This document shows positions 1-8,891 of a stretch of DNA of 32,000 nucleotides, piece by piece (position 1 is the first letter of the stretch; each line of letters begins with the position of its first letter). Position numbers and translations under genes: made by a program. The DNA is from Wolbachia endosymbiont of Onchocerca ochengi (GTDB lineage Bacteria; Pseudomonadota; Alphaproteobacteria; Rickettsiales; Anaplasmataceae). The notes beneath the pieces were generated by a model that worked only from the letters and a program-made list of their open reading frames with translations, made no database searches and had not been told where the DNA came from. The stretch covers positions 480,001 to 512,000 of the forward strand of contig NC_018267.1 in the NCBI RefSeq assembly GCF_000306885.1, in the 5' to 3' direction.

Positions 1-2
1 AT

Positions 3-755
3 ATGCGTATATTATTAATTGAAGATGATCAAGTAAGTGCAAAGACTGTAGTTAATGCTTTAACTTCTGATGGACACTTTTGTGATGTTGTAACTTCTGC
101 GCAAGACTACAACAATAATATAGTTTCCTCGAATGGGGATCATTATGACCTAGTTATTTTAGATATACACTTGCCCGGTGATATTGATGGATATGATATA
201 TTGTTAAGGTTAAGAAGTGCAAAAATTAAAGTTCCTGTCTTGATACTTTCATGTATATCTGCTGTTAATCAAAAAGCTAAAGGACTAGGATATGGTGCTG
301 ATGATTACTTAACTAAGCCATTCCACAAAAGTGAGCTGCTAGCTCGAATAAAGGCAATAGTCCGTCGTACTAAAGGACATCCTGAATCGGTGATAAAGAT
401 TGGTAACATAAATATTAATTTTGATCATAGAGTTGTTGAGGTGAAAGGTAAGACGGTTCACCTGACTAACAAAGAATATTCTATGATAGAGTTACTAGCG
501 TTGCGTAAAGGCACTGTACTAACAAAAGAAATGTTTTTAAATCATCTTTATAATGGTTTAGATGAGCCTTCAGATAATAAGATAGTTGATGTTTTTATGT
601 GCAAGTTACGTAAGAAACTTGAAAGTGCGAATGATGGAAAAAGCCATATAGAAACTGTTTGGGGCAGAGGATATGTCCTAAAAGAATATCTTGATGATGA
701 AGAATATACTAATATTAGTAGTAGGGAAAATAGTAATGGCTATCAAGCAGAATAA
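3..755 (+). CDS. ctrA: OmpR/winged-helix response regulator, CtrA-like cell-cycle master regulator
   Basis: 250-aa ORF. Receiver domain: MRILLIEDD, phospho-acceptor context LVILDIHLPGDIDGY, and YLTKPF lysine. C-terminal winged helix: LTNKEYSMIELLA and ETVWGRGYVL. In Rickettsiales the only OmpR-type DNA-binding regulator normally retained is CtrA. Confidence 0.8.
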   Translation: MRILLIEDDQVSAKTVVNALTSDGHFCDVVTSAQDYNNNIVSSNGDHYDLVILDIHLPGDIDGYDILLRLRSAKIKVPVLILSCISAVNQKAKGLGYGADDYLTKPFHKSELLARIKAIVRRTKGHPESVIKIGNININFDHRVVEVKGKTVHLTNKEYSMIELLALRKGTVLTKEMFLNHLYNGLDEPSDNKIVDVFMCKLRKKLESANDGKSHIETVWGRGYVLKEYLDDEEYTNISSRENSNGYQAE

Positions 756-820
756 ATAAAGGACAACATATAAAATGCTTATTATTTAGGCTATCTTACT
801 GATACTTATGTAAGTGCCTA

Positions 821-1159
821 GGTGAAATATAAGCCGAGTTCTGTTTATGTAGCTATTTATCTGGAGTAAATGTTACCATTTACTGCATGCGATTTACCCG
901 AGTAGACATGAGGAAAAGCATAAAACCTACTCTTATTTAATCTTGCTCCTAGTGTTGGTTACTCAACTACCAATGTTGCCATTGGTATGGTATGCTCTTA
1001 CCACACCTTTTCATCCTTACCTAAAAATCTTAGGCGGTAATTTTCTGTAGCCCTGAACTGAAGTCACCTCCGGCGGGTATTACCCGTCACTATTTTTCCT
1101 TGGAGCCCGGACTTTCCTCTGCTGTATTTATCATACAACAGCAGCTACTTATTTCACCC
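821..1159 (-). ncRNA. rnpB: RNase P RNA (bacterial type A)
   Basis: The minus strand carries three conserved blocks: GAGGAAAGTCCGGGCTCC (revcomp of 1102-1119), AAGGATGAAAAGGTGTGGTAAGAGCATACC, and ACAGAACTCGGCTTA near the 3' end. The 5' GGTGAAATA and 3' TATTTCACC ends pair as helix P1. Length is about 339 nt. Confidence 0.92.
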
Positions 1160-2295
1160 AGAAATTAGATTTTAACATAAAAATCATAGAATTAAAATAA
1201 TTTCCATTATTGGTCAATGATCTGCATATCAAACATTAAACTACAACTAGAGATAATACTCTGATATACATTGTGCATTGCTATTCTAAGATAATCCACT
1301 ATCTCTTAAACTTTGAACTTCTTAATCTCTATTTAAGGTGATAGTATAGGCTACTTGATCTGCTACCGTTTTTTACTAATATGCTATATCTAATTCTGTT
1401 TTAGAAAAGGTTACACTATTATTTCTGCTTCACTAGGTGCATTAGGGTATGGTAAGTTAATTAAGTTACGGAGAAGAGGTAGTTTGAGGGAATAAAGCCG
1501 TGGTAAACAAATGCAGGAGTTGTTAACTTTTTATTTTAGTACTTGGGCGTAGTAAATATTTGTTTGTGTGGTCTTTTCTAGGTTTGCTGTTGGTGAATTA
1601 GTTAACTTTATAGTAACCACTTAATTATCTATTAAGTAGGAGTTGTTTTATCAGCGTCTGCAGTAGCTGTGGTAGATTTGAAGTAGCATTTGCTTACTAG
1701 TTTTTACTATCATGCGTACTATGCTTGTTAATAATTTTATTAATTTTTGTTGTATCAGTGGTTAGTACCTTTTTAAAGAGTTTAATTTTGATCTATTTTT
1801 AACAAAACTTATTAAATGTAATTTTCCTTAAATAATGAAACTATGCGATCCAAGAGTTTTAGTCTATCACTTGGAGAATTGAGAAAAATATAATACATTT
1901 GTGAAATCAGCCATATTATATTGGGTCTTCTATAAAGAAATGAATAGCTTGATTATATTTTTCCATTAATTTATATTAATTTCTTATTAAAATTCTTTGC
2001 GATACTAATTGAGTTAAAATCAACTCTGTTAAAAAAACATAGTGTATTGCTCAGTCTTTATTGGTGGGTCTGTTTTGCATCTCACTGGCTTTTACTTTTT
2101 TATTTCATTGTTTTTGTAAGTAACAAGATTATTTTAAGTATATTGGCTTTGCCAATACCATTTTTTTACTAAAGGCCCCAACTTGGTTATTACTAAATCC
2201 AGTTTGAAACTTAAGTGGTTATGAAGATTGTATAATTCCAACTTCTCTTTTTCTATATAAAAATTGGTAACCATTAACCTAAATAGTTTTTTAAT

Positions 2296-2763
2296 TTATA
2301 TTTTTTTAACTTCCTCTAGAACTTCATTGACATGTCCGCTAACTTTTACGTTTTTCCAGATCTTTACTATTTTACCTTTTTTATTTATTAAAAAAGTAGT
2401 GCGTTCTATCCCCATATACTTCTTGCCGAATATGCTCTTTTCTGCCCAAACACCATATTTTTCTAATATTTCGACATTTTCATCAGAAACTAAATAAAAT
2501 GGCAGTGAATATTTTACTTTGAAATTTGCATGGCATTTAACACTATCTTTTGATACACCGATTATCACTGTGTGAAGGGAGGAAAAATCATTTATTTTAT
2601 CTCTAAAATCTTTTGCCTCTATGGTACAACCTGGAGTATCGTCTTTAGGGTAGAAATAAAGAACTACATTTCTTTTATTAAAAAAAACACTTAGTGATAA
2701 ATTTTTGCCAGAATCTGTTGGTAAGCTAAAATCCGGTGCATTATTTCCTACTGTTAACCCCAT
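2296..2763 (-). CDS. bcp: Peroxiredoxin Q / bacterioferritin comigratory protein (thiol peroxidase)
   Basis: 155-aa ORF with APDFSLP and the peroxidatic-Cys motif YFYPKDDTPGCTIEA. Full-length AhpC/TSA fold pattern. Confidence 0.88.
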   Translation of the reverse strand: MGLTVGNNAPDFSLPTDSGKNLSLSVFFNKRNVVLYFYPKDDTPGCTIEAKDFRDKINDFSSLHTVIIGVSKDSVKCHANFKVKYSLPFYLVSDENVEILEKYGVWAEKSIFGKKYMGIERTTFLINKKGKIVKIWKNVKVSGHVNEVLEEVKKI

Positions 2764-2832
2764 ATCTCACTCTTTTAATGATACTTATGGTAGTGTATTA
2801 TAGTTAGAGTTTTCAAGAACTTTAAGTAGAAG

Positions 2833-4057
2833 TCAATTGAATTTTTGTATATTTGCTTTCCATAAAAGAAATTTAATGTTGGTAGTACTAAGTTTTACTT
2901 CACTTTTAATATCAAAAGTTCCACTATTAACTCTATTAATTTTTTGCTAATCGGTGATCCAATGCCTGTACCTTCGTTTCTATATTATGGATCATCTGCT
3001 TAGCCGAAAACAGATATAACTTTGTATATATCATATTATTCTATTTCTCGTAGTCATGAAACTTAATAGTTGATGAATTTTTTCTATATTTTTTTAATTG
3101 CCATTCTTATTAAACCATCTTTAATATTAAGTTTAGTAATAAATTTATTATAATTTGTGCCATTCTTTTAGGATCTGCAGTTACCAATAATTGTTTATCA
3201 AACATCTACTTTTTAAACTAGTTTCTGTTTTTTTTTAATTTAGGCGATAGCATATTAAAACACGAATCTATTATTTTGTTTAGGTTAAATTTCACTTTTT
3301 CTGCTGTTAAACTGCTGACTCAGCTTTTGCAAAAGCAAACATATTGTTAATTAAAGCAAATAAATTTATCCTTGCATTGTATATATCGTTTGCATACTTC
3401 TTATATCGAGAGTGGTCAATCGAACCTAAAGTTTCATTTTTGATTAACTTCGCATGTCCAATGAATAAAATAACATTAAGGGTGATGGAGTGTACGTAGC
3501 TCATGTGTAACGCTTGCAAAAAACTTCAGCTTATTTGCGTTTTCTTGCTCTAATGCCTTTTTATCTGTTATAATTCAACATTAGTTTTATGTTGCTTAAT
3601 TAGCAACTAGGTATTGGAAAAGTGTAAGTAAAGCATTATTAATTTTAAATTACTGATAATAAGCCTGAAAACGTTAAAAAATAGGCTATATGCTAACATA
3701 TGAATTTTATGGCTTTTAGTAAAAAATATCTCTTGATTGTTTAGTAATTTATCAATTTTGTCACTTGTAAGTAACTACCTACATTTGTGATCTTGACTGT
3801 TAAGGTTGCTGAATATTGTTCTGCTATTTTGATCATACAATATTAAACTTAAGAGTTTCTTACTTTGCTAACTGATTGAGTAATAGTTCAGCACTTAGCC
3901 TTATTAATTGGTTTATGTAATCACAGTTCTTGTATTTGATATGATGCTTTTTTATTATGTTGTTTTCCAATAAGCTTTTAAAGCTTACACTTAAGCACGG
4001 TAAGAAAAATATATTCTCTAGTGAATAATTGTAATATATTATACTAAATAAAATCAT
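2833..4057 (-). pseudogene. Degraded PleC-type sensor histidine kinase (PAS end, HisKA, HATPase_c), with multiple frameshifts and stops
   Basis: My minus-strand hand translation recovers collinear kinase pieces in different frames. IITDKKALEQENANKLKFFASVTHELRT is the H-box (3491-3574). A frameshift follows, then SITLNVILFIGHAKLIKNETLGSIDHSRYKKYANDIYNARINLFALINNMFAFAKAESAV and a stop. A second frameshift gives AEKVKFNLNKIIDSCFNMLSPKLKK. The N-box is LVTADPKRMAQIIINLL (3131-3187). The G2-box is GTGIGSPISKKLIEL (2931-2972). The last piece is GTFDIKSEVKLSTTNIKF. Track ORFs 3307..3519 and 3860..4057 are fragments of this relic. The 5' boundary is uncertain. Confidence 0.8.
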
Positions 4058-4674
4058 AAAAATTAATGAGAATAATGAGATACCTTTTATAGGTGTTTAT
4101 TTTTTAGTGTAGTAAAGTTTATATATCCTTCTTGTTGTAAGGTGATAGTTTTTATGTTATTGATCAAAACTTATAGAATATCATATTTTTATGATAATTT
4201 CTCTTACTTTGTGATTTATTTTTCTTTAATATCAATTTTTTCATAGCAAGGGTATTTGCTTGTACGACATTGACAATAAGTGCTACGTAGATTTTCACTT
4301 TAGAATAGCTGTTCATAGTTTAGGTTGCATTAACTCACGATTAACCACTACTCTTAAGTTACAAGAAGAAAGGTTGTGTATATAACGAATATCTACAATA
4401 TACTTGCTATTAATAACTTGTGAAAAGTTAATAAACAATAACTCTGTTGATGCTGTATTTTTTGGCAAATACTAGGCCAGGAACAGTAAAGTGCAGACTT
4501 AAGATTGCTTATAGATCTATCAAAACAGAAAAGATGATAAAAACTGTCATAGAATTTTAACGTTCCGTGATGCTTTTTAAAGGCATAATGTTGAAAACGT
4601 GAAAAATGAATAAAAATTTTATGGAAAAGTAGAGAGTTCTATGTTAGATATTATATATTAGTGCTATTTTTTAA

Positions 4675-4899
4675 TTGAGTGCATGTGGTCTAGGTAGGAC
4701 AGGGAAATTATTCGCATGTGAGTATATAAGAGTGGATTCATATTGTGCATTTGTAAAGGAAATAGGAGTGAAATTTCCCGCTGAAAGCTTTCCTTGTAGG
4801 TCGTTTACTGTTTGAGGTGACATCTCAGATAGCGTTATAAAAATTTTGCTTCTACTTGTGGGTATTACTGAAAAGAAGATTGATGTGGGTGGGTGTTGA
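4675..4899 (+). pseudogene. Possible relic of ribosomal protein S16 gene (tentative)
   Basis: A single frame directly upstream of rimM on the same strand reads LSACGLGRTGKLFACEYIRVDSYCAFVKEIGVKFPAE...(TGA at 4813-4815)...VIKILLLLVGITEKKI. This loosely matches S16 blocks RLAR.G.KKRPFY.IVVADSR...FIE.IG.YNP and W...GA.pTe.i. Synteny with the conserved rpsP-rimM operon supports it. Similarity is weak and there is no ATG start. Confidence 0.3.
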
Positions 4900-4948
4900 G
4901 TTTCTTAAAACGATATTTATCTGAGGAATTTTCTGGTTTATCTTTAAT

Positions 4949-5455
4949 ATGAACGATGATTTAATATGCTTGGGAATAGTTACTTCTCCTCATGGAGTTA
5001 AGGGAGCTATTAAAATAAGAACTTTTACTGAAAAGCCTGAGAATGTTTCTTTATACGGTAGGCTAATAAGTGGTAATGAGAATTATAAAGTAGACTCAGT
5101 GTCTGTTGTAGATGATAATTTAGTAATAGCTACAATAAGCGGAGTAAATTCTCGTAATGAAGCAGAGTTCTTAAGGAATAAGAAATTATATATAAAAAGG
5201 AACAAGCTACCAAAATTAAATGATGAGAATGAATTCTATCAGAGTGACCTTGTAGATATGAAGGTAAAACTGGAGAATAATGAACTGTATGGGTATGTAA
5301 AGTCTGTATATAGTTTCGGTTCAGGAGATATATTGAAAATTTCGGTTGTTAGTACAAAAAAGAGTGTTATGCTACCTTTTACTAAAGAAATATTCCCTTA
5401 TATAAACATAAAGAAAAAGTATATAATCCTCAGTATGCCAGAATTTGTTGATTAA
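4949..5455 (+). CDS. rimM: 16S rRNA processing protein RimM
   Basis: 168-aa ORF. The N-terminal [27 protein letters not shown] matches the RimM PRC-barrel family start. Length is typical. Confidence 0.85.
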   Translation: MNDDLICLGIVTSPHGVKGAIKIRTFTEKPENVSLYGRLISGNENYKVDSVSVVDDNLVIATISGVNSRNEAEFLRNKKLYIKRNKLPKLNDENEFYQSDLVDMKVKLENNELYGYVKSVYSFGSGDILKISVVSTKKSVMLPFTKEIFPYINIKKKYIILSMPEFVD

Positions 5456-5517
5456 TAAAGGCTTTGATATTTACATGAAAGCTACTTATAATTATAAAAT
5501 CATCCAAAAATGGAATT

Positions 5518-6084
5518 ATGGTAGAAAGAGCTAATGATATTAGGCCAGGTCAGGTGTTGGAACATAATGATGGGTTATTTTTGGTTGTAAATATCATGCA
5601 CACTCAACCTGGTAAAGGTGGTGCGTACATACAAGCTGAAATGAAAAATATCAAAACTGGTGCAAAACACTATGAAAGGTTTCGCTCTGATGCTCCAGTT
5701 AGAAGAGCCATTTTAGATGAGGAGGAATATGTTTATCTCTTCACTGAAGGAGATGTTGTGCATCTTATGCATCCAAGTAGTTACGAGCAAGTTACTCTGA
5801 ACTTAGATTTATTGGGAGAAAAAAAGATTTATTTGCAGAATAACATGAAAATTAAAGTTGTAACTTACCAAGATAAAATAATTTTCGCACATGTGCCTGA
5901 CTATGTTACGTTGGCTGTAAAAGAAACGGATTCTGTTATTAAAAAACAGACTGTTACTTCTTCCTATAAGCCTGCAGTTTTAGAAAACGGAATGCGTATT
6001 AACGTGCCTCGATTTGTAAGGGAAGAGGATAAGATTGTAGTATATACTCCTGATGATAGCTATTATGAAAGGGCGAAAGAATAA
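5518..6084 (+). CDS. efp: Translation elongation factor P
   Basis: 188-aa ORF with the loop HTQPGKGGAYIQAEMKNIKTG (conserved Lys-bearing loop) and a three-domain EF-P length. Confidence 0.9.
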   Translation: MVERANDIRPGQVLEHNDGLFLVVNIMHTQPGKGGAYIQAEMKNIKTGAKHYERFRSDAPVRRAILDEEEYVYLFTEGDVVHLMHPSSYEQVTLNLDLLGEKKIYLQNNMKIKVVTYQDKIIFAHVPDYVTLAVKETDSVIKKQTVTSSYKPAVLENGMRINVPRFVREEDKIVVYTPDDSYYERAKE

Positions 6085-6091
6085 AAGAAGG

Positions 6092-6790
6092 ATGCCTATT
6101 TCATCACCACGAATTAATATGATGCTTGATTCTGTGCGAGGTGCTTCTAAACAACTTATGCGCGATTTTAATGAGTTGCAAATTTCTAATGTTAAGTCAG
6201 ACGACTTTATCAACAAAACTTACTCGAAATCCAAGCAAACTATATGCGGTTGCTTACACAATTATAGACAAGGTTATGGTTTTCTTTTTGAAGATGATCT
6301 TGATCAAGAGATAAAAGATGACACTTATACTTGGTTCATCATGCCCATAGAAAGCAAGGAAAATTTTTCTAGTTGTATGGTTTATTTTACAGTATCAGTT
6401 TGTCTAATTCATAAGAACAAAGTTGTGGCAGCTGTAGTTGATGTTCCTGCTCTTAGAGAAACTTTTTGGGCGGAAGAGAGAAAGGGTGCTTTTCTTGAAG
6501 ACTCTAGATTTCGTCATATAAGGATGCGAGTGAAAAGTCGTAACGAAGGTTTGATAGATGTAAGTGGTAATTTATTAAATAAGTTACTGCTTGATAACAG
6601 CAATGTGCGTTCCATTGGCTCAACAGTTTTAGGCTTTGCGTACCTTGCTGCAGGAAGACATAGAGGAATAGTTTATTCTGGAGTTAACAAATATAAAACC
6701 TTGCTTGGTAGACTTTTTCTTCAAGAAAGTGGCGGAAGGCTAGTAGAAGATAATGGGTTAATCATTGCAGGTAATATTGAACTAGCATAA
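6092..6790 (+). CDS. Inositol-monophosphatase (SuhB/IMPase) family homolog with degenerate catalytic motifs
   Basis: Collinear with SuhB along its length: N-terminal [22 protein letters not shown], then [14 protein letters not shown] and ESGG. I chose the start at ATG 6092 (AAGAAGG just upstream), not the track start 6053, which overlaps efp. The signature W.IDP.DGT.NF reads [12 protein letters not shown] (6332-6367). The signature WD.AAG reads YKTLLG (6692-6709). Confidence 0.7.
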   Translation: MPISSPRINMMLDSVRGASKQLMRDFNELQISNVKSDDFINKTYSKSKQTICGCLHNYRQGYGFLFEDDLDQEIKDDTYTWFIMPIESKENFSSCMVYFTVSVCLIHKNKVVAAVVDVPALRETFWAEERKGAFLEDSRFRHIRMRVKSRNEGLIDVSGNLLNKLLLDNSNVRSIGSTVLGFAYLAAGRHRGIVYSGVNKYKTLLGRLFLQESGGRLVEDNGLIIAGNIELA

Positions 6791-7984
6791 GTAGGCTACA
6801 GGAATGGACAACTTCTCAAAAACTTTTACAAGAGACTCTGTTAAATGTTCCATCATTTCATCGGTATGATAGGGCGTAGGAGTAATACGGAAACGCTCAG
6901 TTCCTCTTGGAACTGTCGGATAATTTATGTGTTGAACATATATTCCATACTCATCAAATAGCAATCTTGATGCTCTTTTAGATAACTCTGGATCGCCAAT
7001 TATTATTGGAATTATATGAGTTTTTGTTGGGATAAGATTAATTCTTGCATTTTTCAGTAAATTCTTTACTTTTTCAACAACTTGTTTTTGTTTTTCTCTT
7101 TCAATATTGCTTGATTTTAGATAATCAACGCTTGCTTTTGCTGCTGCTGCTAAAACAGGCGAAATAGCAGTGGTGAAAATAAATCCTGGAGCAGAACTTC
7201 TTATTACATCTACTAAGCTCTTTGAAGATGCTATATATCCGCCCATCACTCCAAAAGCTTTCGATAATGTGCCTTGAATAATGGTTACTCTATCCATCAG
7301 ACCTTCTCTTTCTGCGATTCCGCCACCGTGCGAACCATACATACCAACTGCGTGTACCTCATCCGAGTAGGTAATTGCATTATATTCTTCTGCCAAATCA
7401 CATATTTCTCTCAGTGGTGCTATATCACCATCCATTGAGTATATGGATTCAAATGCTATTATTTTTGGTATTTTTCTATCTACAGATTTTAACAACTGTT
7501 CTAAATGATTAATGTTATTATGTTTAAATATATATTTCGGTCTTTTCCCTGACTTTATGCCTTCTATCATTGAAGAGTGATTTTTCTCATCTGAAAAAAA
7601 TACTACATCAGGAATAACGGATGATAAAGTGCTAAGTGTTGTCTGATTAGCAAGGTAGCCGCAAGCGAAAGTTAAAGCAGCCTTTTTGTTGTGCAAGCAA
7701 GCTAAAGATTTCTCGAGTTCGACAACCTCTTTTGTTGTACCGGATATGTTTCTTGTTCCTCCTGCTCCAACTGATGAATTTTGGGTAGCAGCAATTACAC
7801 TTTCATTTTGTGACATTCCTAAATAATTATTACTACACCAGACAATTACTTCTCTATTTCTTTCATAATCCATAACATAAGGAAACCTTCCAGGCAATGA
7901 TGCAAAACGCATGAATTCACGGTAGCGCCCTTCCTCTTTTATATCTTTGATTTTATTTAAAAATATCCCTTCGTAGTCTACCAA
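6782..7984 (-). CDS. hemA: 5-aminolevulinate synthase
   Basis: 400-aa ORF. Alpha-oxoamine synthase family with [17 protein letters not shown] and the PLP-lysine context [13 protein letters not shown]. The start is TTG, the first start codon after an in-frame TAG. The 3' end overlaps the SuhB-like gene convergently by 9 nt. Confidence 0.9.
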   Translation of the reverse strand: MVDYEGIFLNKIKDIKEEGRYREFMRFASLPGRFPYVMDYERNREVIVWCSNNYLGMSQNESVIAATQNSSVGAGGTRNISGTTKEVVELEKSLACLHNKKAALTFACGYLANQTTLSTLSSVIPDVVFFSDEKNHSSMIEGIKSGKRPKYIFKHNNINHLEQLLKSVDRKIPKIIAFESIYSMDGDIAPLREICDLAEEYNAITYSDEVHAVGMYGSHGGGIAEREGLMDRVTIIQGTLSKAFGVMGGYIASSKSLVDVIRSSAPGFIFTTAISPVLAAAAKASVDYLKSSNIEREKQKQVVEKVKNLLKNARINLIPTKTHIIPIIIGDPELSKRASRLLFDEYGIYVQHINYPTVPRGTERFRITPTPYHTDEMMEHLTESLVKVFEKLSIPVAYLC

Positions 7985-8053
7985 GTTTTTATCTATTAAT
8001 GGCTAATAAAATTATAATAAATTATTCAATGGTAGACTACTATATTTATTTAT

Positions 8054-8842
8054 TTACGGTACAACGGTAGTTTTTTTCTTTATGTCAACCACTTCAATTT
8101 TACTGTTCTCGATTAAGCTTTTAGGCATGCAATAGTATATAATAATTCCAATGGCGGCTAGACAGCAAGCTCCAGCTGCTATTCCCACTACTGACATTTC
8201 CAAGTGAACTGCAGTAGCTACTCCTAGAGCAACTCCAGCTGTTGTTAGTACGGAGGCAACTATAATATGCAGGTTGTTGTTTTTTGTATCTTGTAGAACA
8301 GTGTTATCCACTTGTTCAGATTTTTTGTTAGTTGCTGGAGAGTATTGATGATGCTGACCTTGGTGTAGGCGGTATTGGTGTTGGCTCTGTTTTTTAGGTT
8401 GTGGATCTTGCGGACTACTTCTTTTAGAAACAGAGACATTTTCGCCTTTGTCTATACTCTCAAAAGGGGAACCGCCGTTATCACTTAATACATCGACTGC
8501 ACTAAAAGAACTGCTGCTATGACTCCGATCACTATTCGTAGAACTCTCTAGTGAATGTGATGATGAATCTAGTTGACTGCCTTTGCTTTCGAGCTCTAGC
8601 TCATTTTTCATTTGTGATGGTGTATGTTCAGTAAATTGACTAGGGACTTGCTTTTTTTTATTATCATTAACAACTGATGAGATGTCAATACATTCACTTT
8701 GAGACTTTTGTGTACTTGAAGAAGCTCCTTCGCTTTGAGGAACATCCATTTCTCCTGTAACTTGAGTCTCAAGAATTTCTTGTTGCTCTTGAGCATTAGG
8801 TGGTTTGCTACTATGATTTTTTTTCTTTTTGCTTTTACACAT
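8054..8842 (-). CDS. Ser/Gln/Lys-rich low-complexity protein with a C-terminal bilobed hydrophobic (two-TM hairpin) domain; function unknown
   Basis: 262-aa ORF with an ATG start preceded by a strong SD (AAGGGGG, revcomp of 8847-8853). About 190 aa of disordered-looking S/Q/K/E/D/H-rich sequence comes first. Then LHIIVASVLTTAGVALGVATAVHL-EMS-VVGIAAGACCLAAIGIIIYYCM (8126-8272), then a 23-aa charged tail. I recognise no family. Confidence 0.65.
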   Translation of the reverse strand: MCKSKKKKNHSSKPPNAQEQQEILETQVTGEMDVPQSEGASSSTQKSQSECIDISSVVNDNKKKQVPSQFTEHTPSQMKNELELESKGSQLDSSSHSLESSTNSDRSHSSSSFSAVDVLSDNGGSPFESIDKGENVSVSKRSSPQDPQPKKQSQHQYRLHQGQHHQYSPATNKKSEQVDNTVLQDTKNNNLHIIVASVLTTAGVALGVATAVHLEMSVVGIAAGACCLAAIGIIIYYCMPKSLIENSKIEVVDIKKKTTVVP

Positions 8843-8865
8843 TTCGCCCCCTTGTAATTATTGCT

Positions 8866-8891
8866 AATAGGCTTCTGTATTGAAGCCTATT
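8866..8891. other. Perfect 10-bp-stem hairpin in the 5' leader region of the Ser-rich gene
   Basis: AATAGGCTTC-tgtatt-GAAGCCTATT starts 24 nt upstream (minus-strand sense) of the ATG at 8842. Its function is unknown. It could be a leader structure or the terminator of a former upstream gene. Confidence 0.5.

Noticed and set aside
760-820. Weak hairpin CTTAC-N10-GTAAG between ctrA and rnpB as a bidirectional terminator
   Set aside because: The stem is only 5 bp, with no U-tract on either strand, so it is too weak to call.
1621-1635. Perfect CtrA-box-like TTAA-N7-TTAA (TTAATTATCTATTAA) about 0.9 kb downstream of ctrA
   Set aside because: At this base composition several such matches are expected by chance in 32 kb (roughly 7 by a simple 0.35^8 estimate). 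It lies in decayed DNA, not at a promoter, and I cannot distinguish it from background.
2264-2497. 77-aa plus-strand ORF
   Set aside because: It is entirely antisense to the well-supported bcp gene, with low-complexity F/L/I/T composition typical of shadow ORFs in AT-rich DNA.
3307-4057. Track ORFs 3307..3519 (70 aa) and 3860..4057 (65 aa) as independent small genes
   Set aside because: The 70-aa ORF is the HisKA X-region of the decayed histidine kinase, read in one of its shifted frames. The true H-box HELRT lies in another frame just upstream. The 65-aa ORF lies in the upstream part of the interval I assign to the same relic. I treat both as pseudogene fragments, not genes.
4813-4815. In-frame TGA in the putative rpsP relic as a possible UGA-to-Trp recoding
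   Set aside because: Several well-conserved genes in the window (for example efp, mreB, the HAD hydrolase and SURF1) end at TGA where their homologs end. The relic also lacks a start and is heavily substituted. Ordinary decay explains it better.
6053-6091. Upstream start of the SuhB-like ORF overlapping efp by 32 nt
   Set aside because: ATG 6092 has a purine-rich AAGAAGG just upstream and yields the family-typical N-terminus (..[16 protein letters not shown]..). The longer form adds only a basic junk peptide read out of the efp 3' end.
5980-6314. ORFs 5980..6216 (-) and 6126..6314 (+)
   Set aside because: These are antisense or alternative-frame shadows of efp and the SuhB-like gene, with no family resemblance.
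8608-8796. 62-aa minus-strand ORF inside the Ser-rich gene
   Set aside because: It is an alternative frame of the longer 262-aa ORF, which has the ATG and a strong SD. There is no independent support.
8817-8824. A8 (T8 on plus) homopolymer in codons 5-8 of the Ser-rich gene as a phase-variation switch
   Set aside because: Runs of 8-9 A/T are frequent throughout this AT-rich window, for example near 19166 and at 28727. Here the tract simply encodes KKKK. There is no evidence of length polymorphism from a single sequence.
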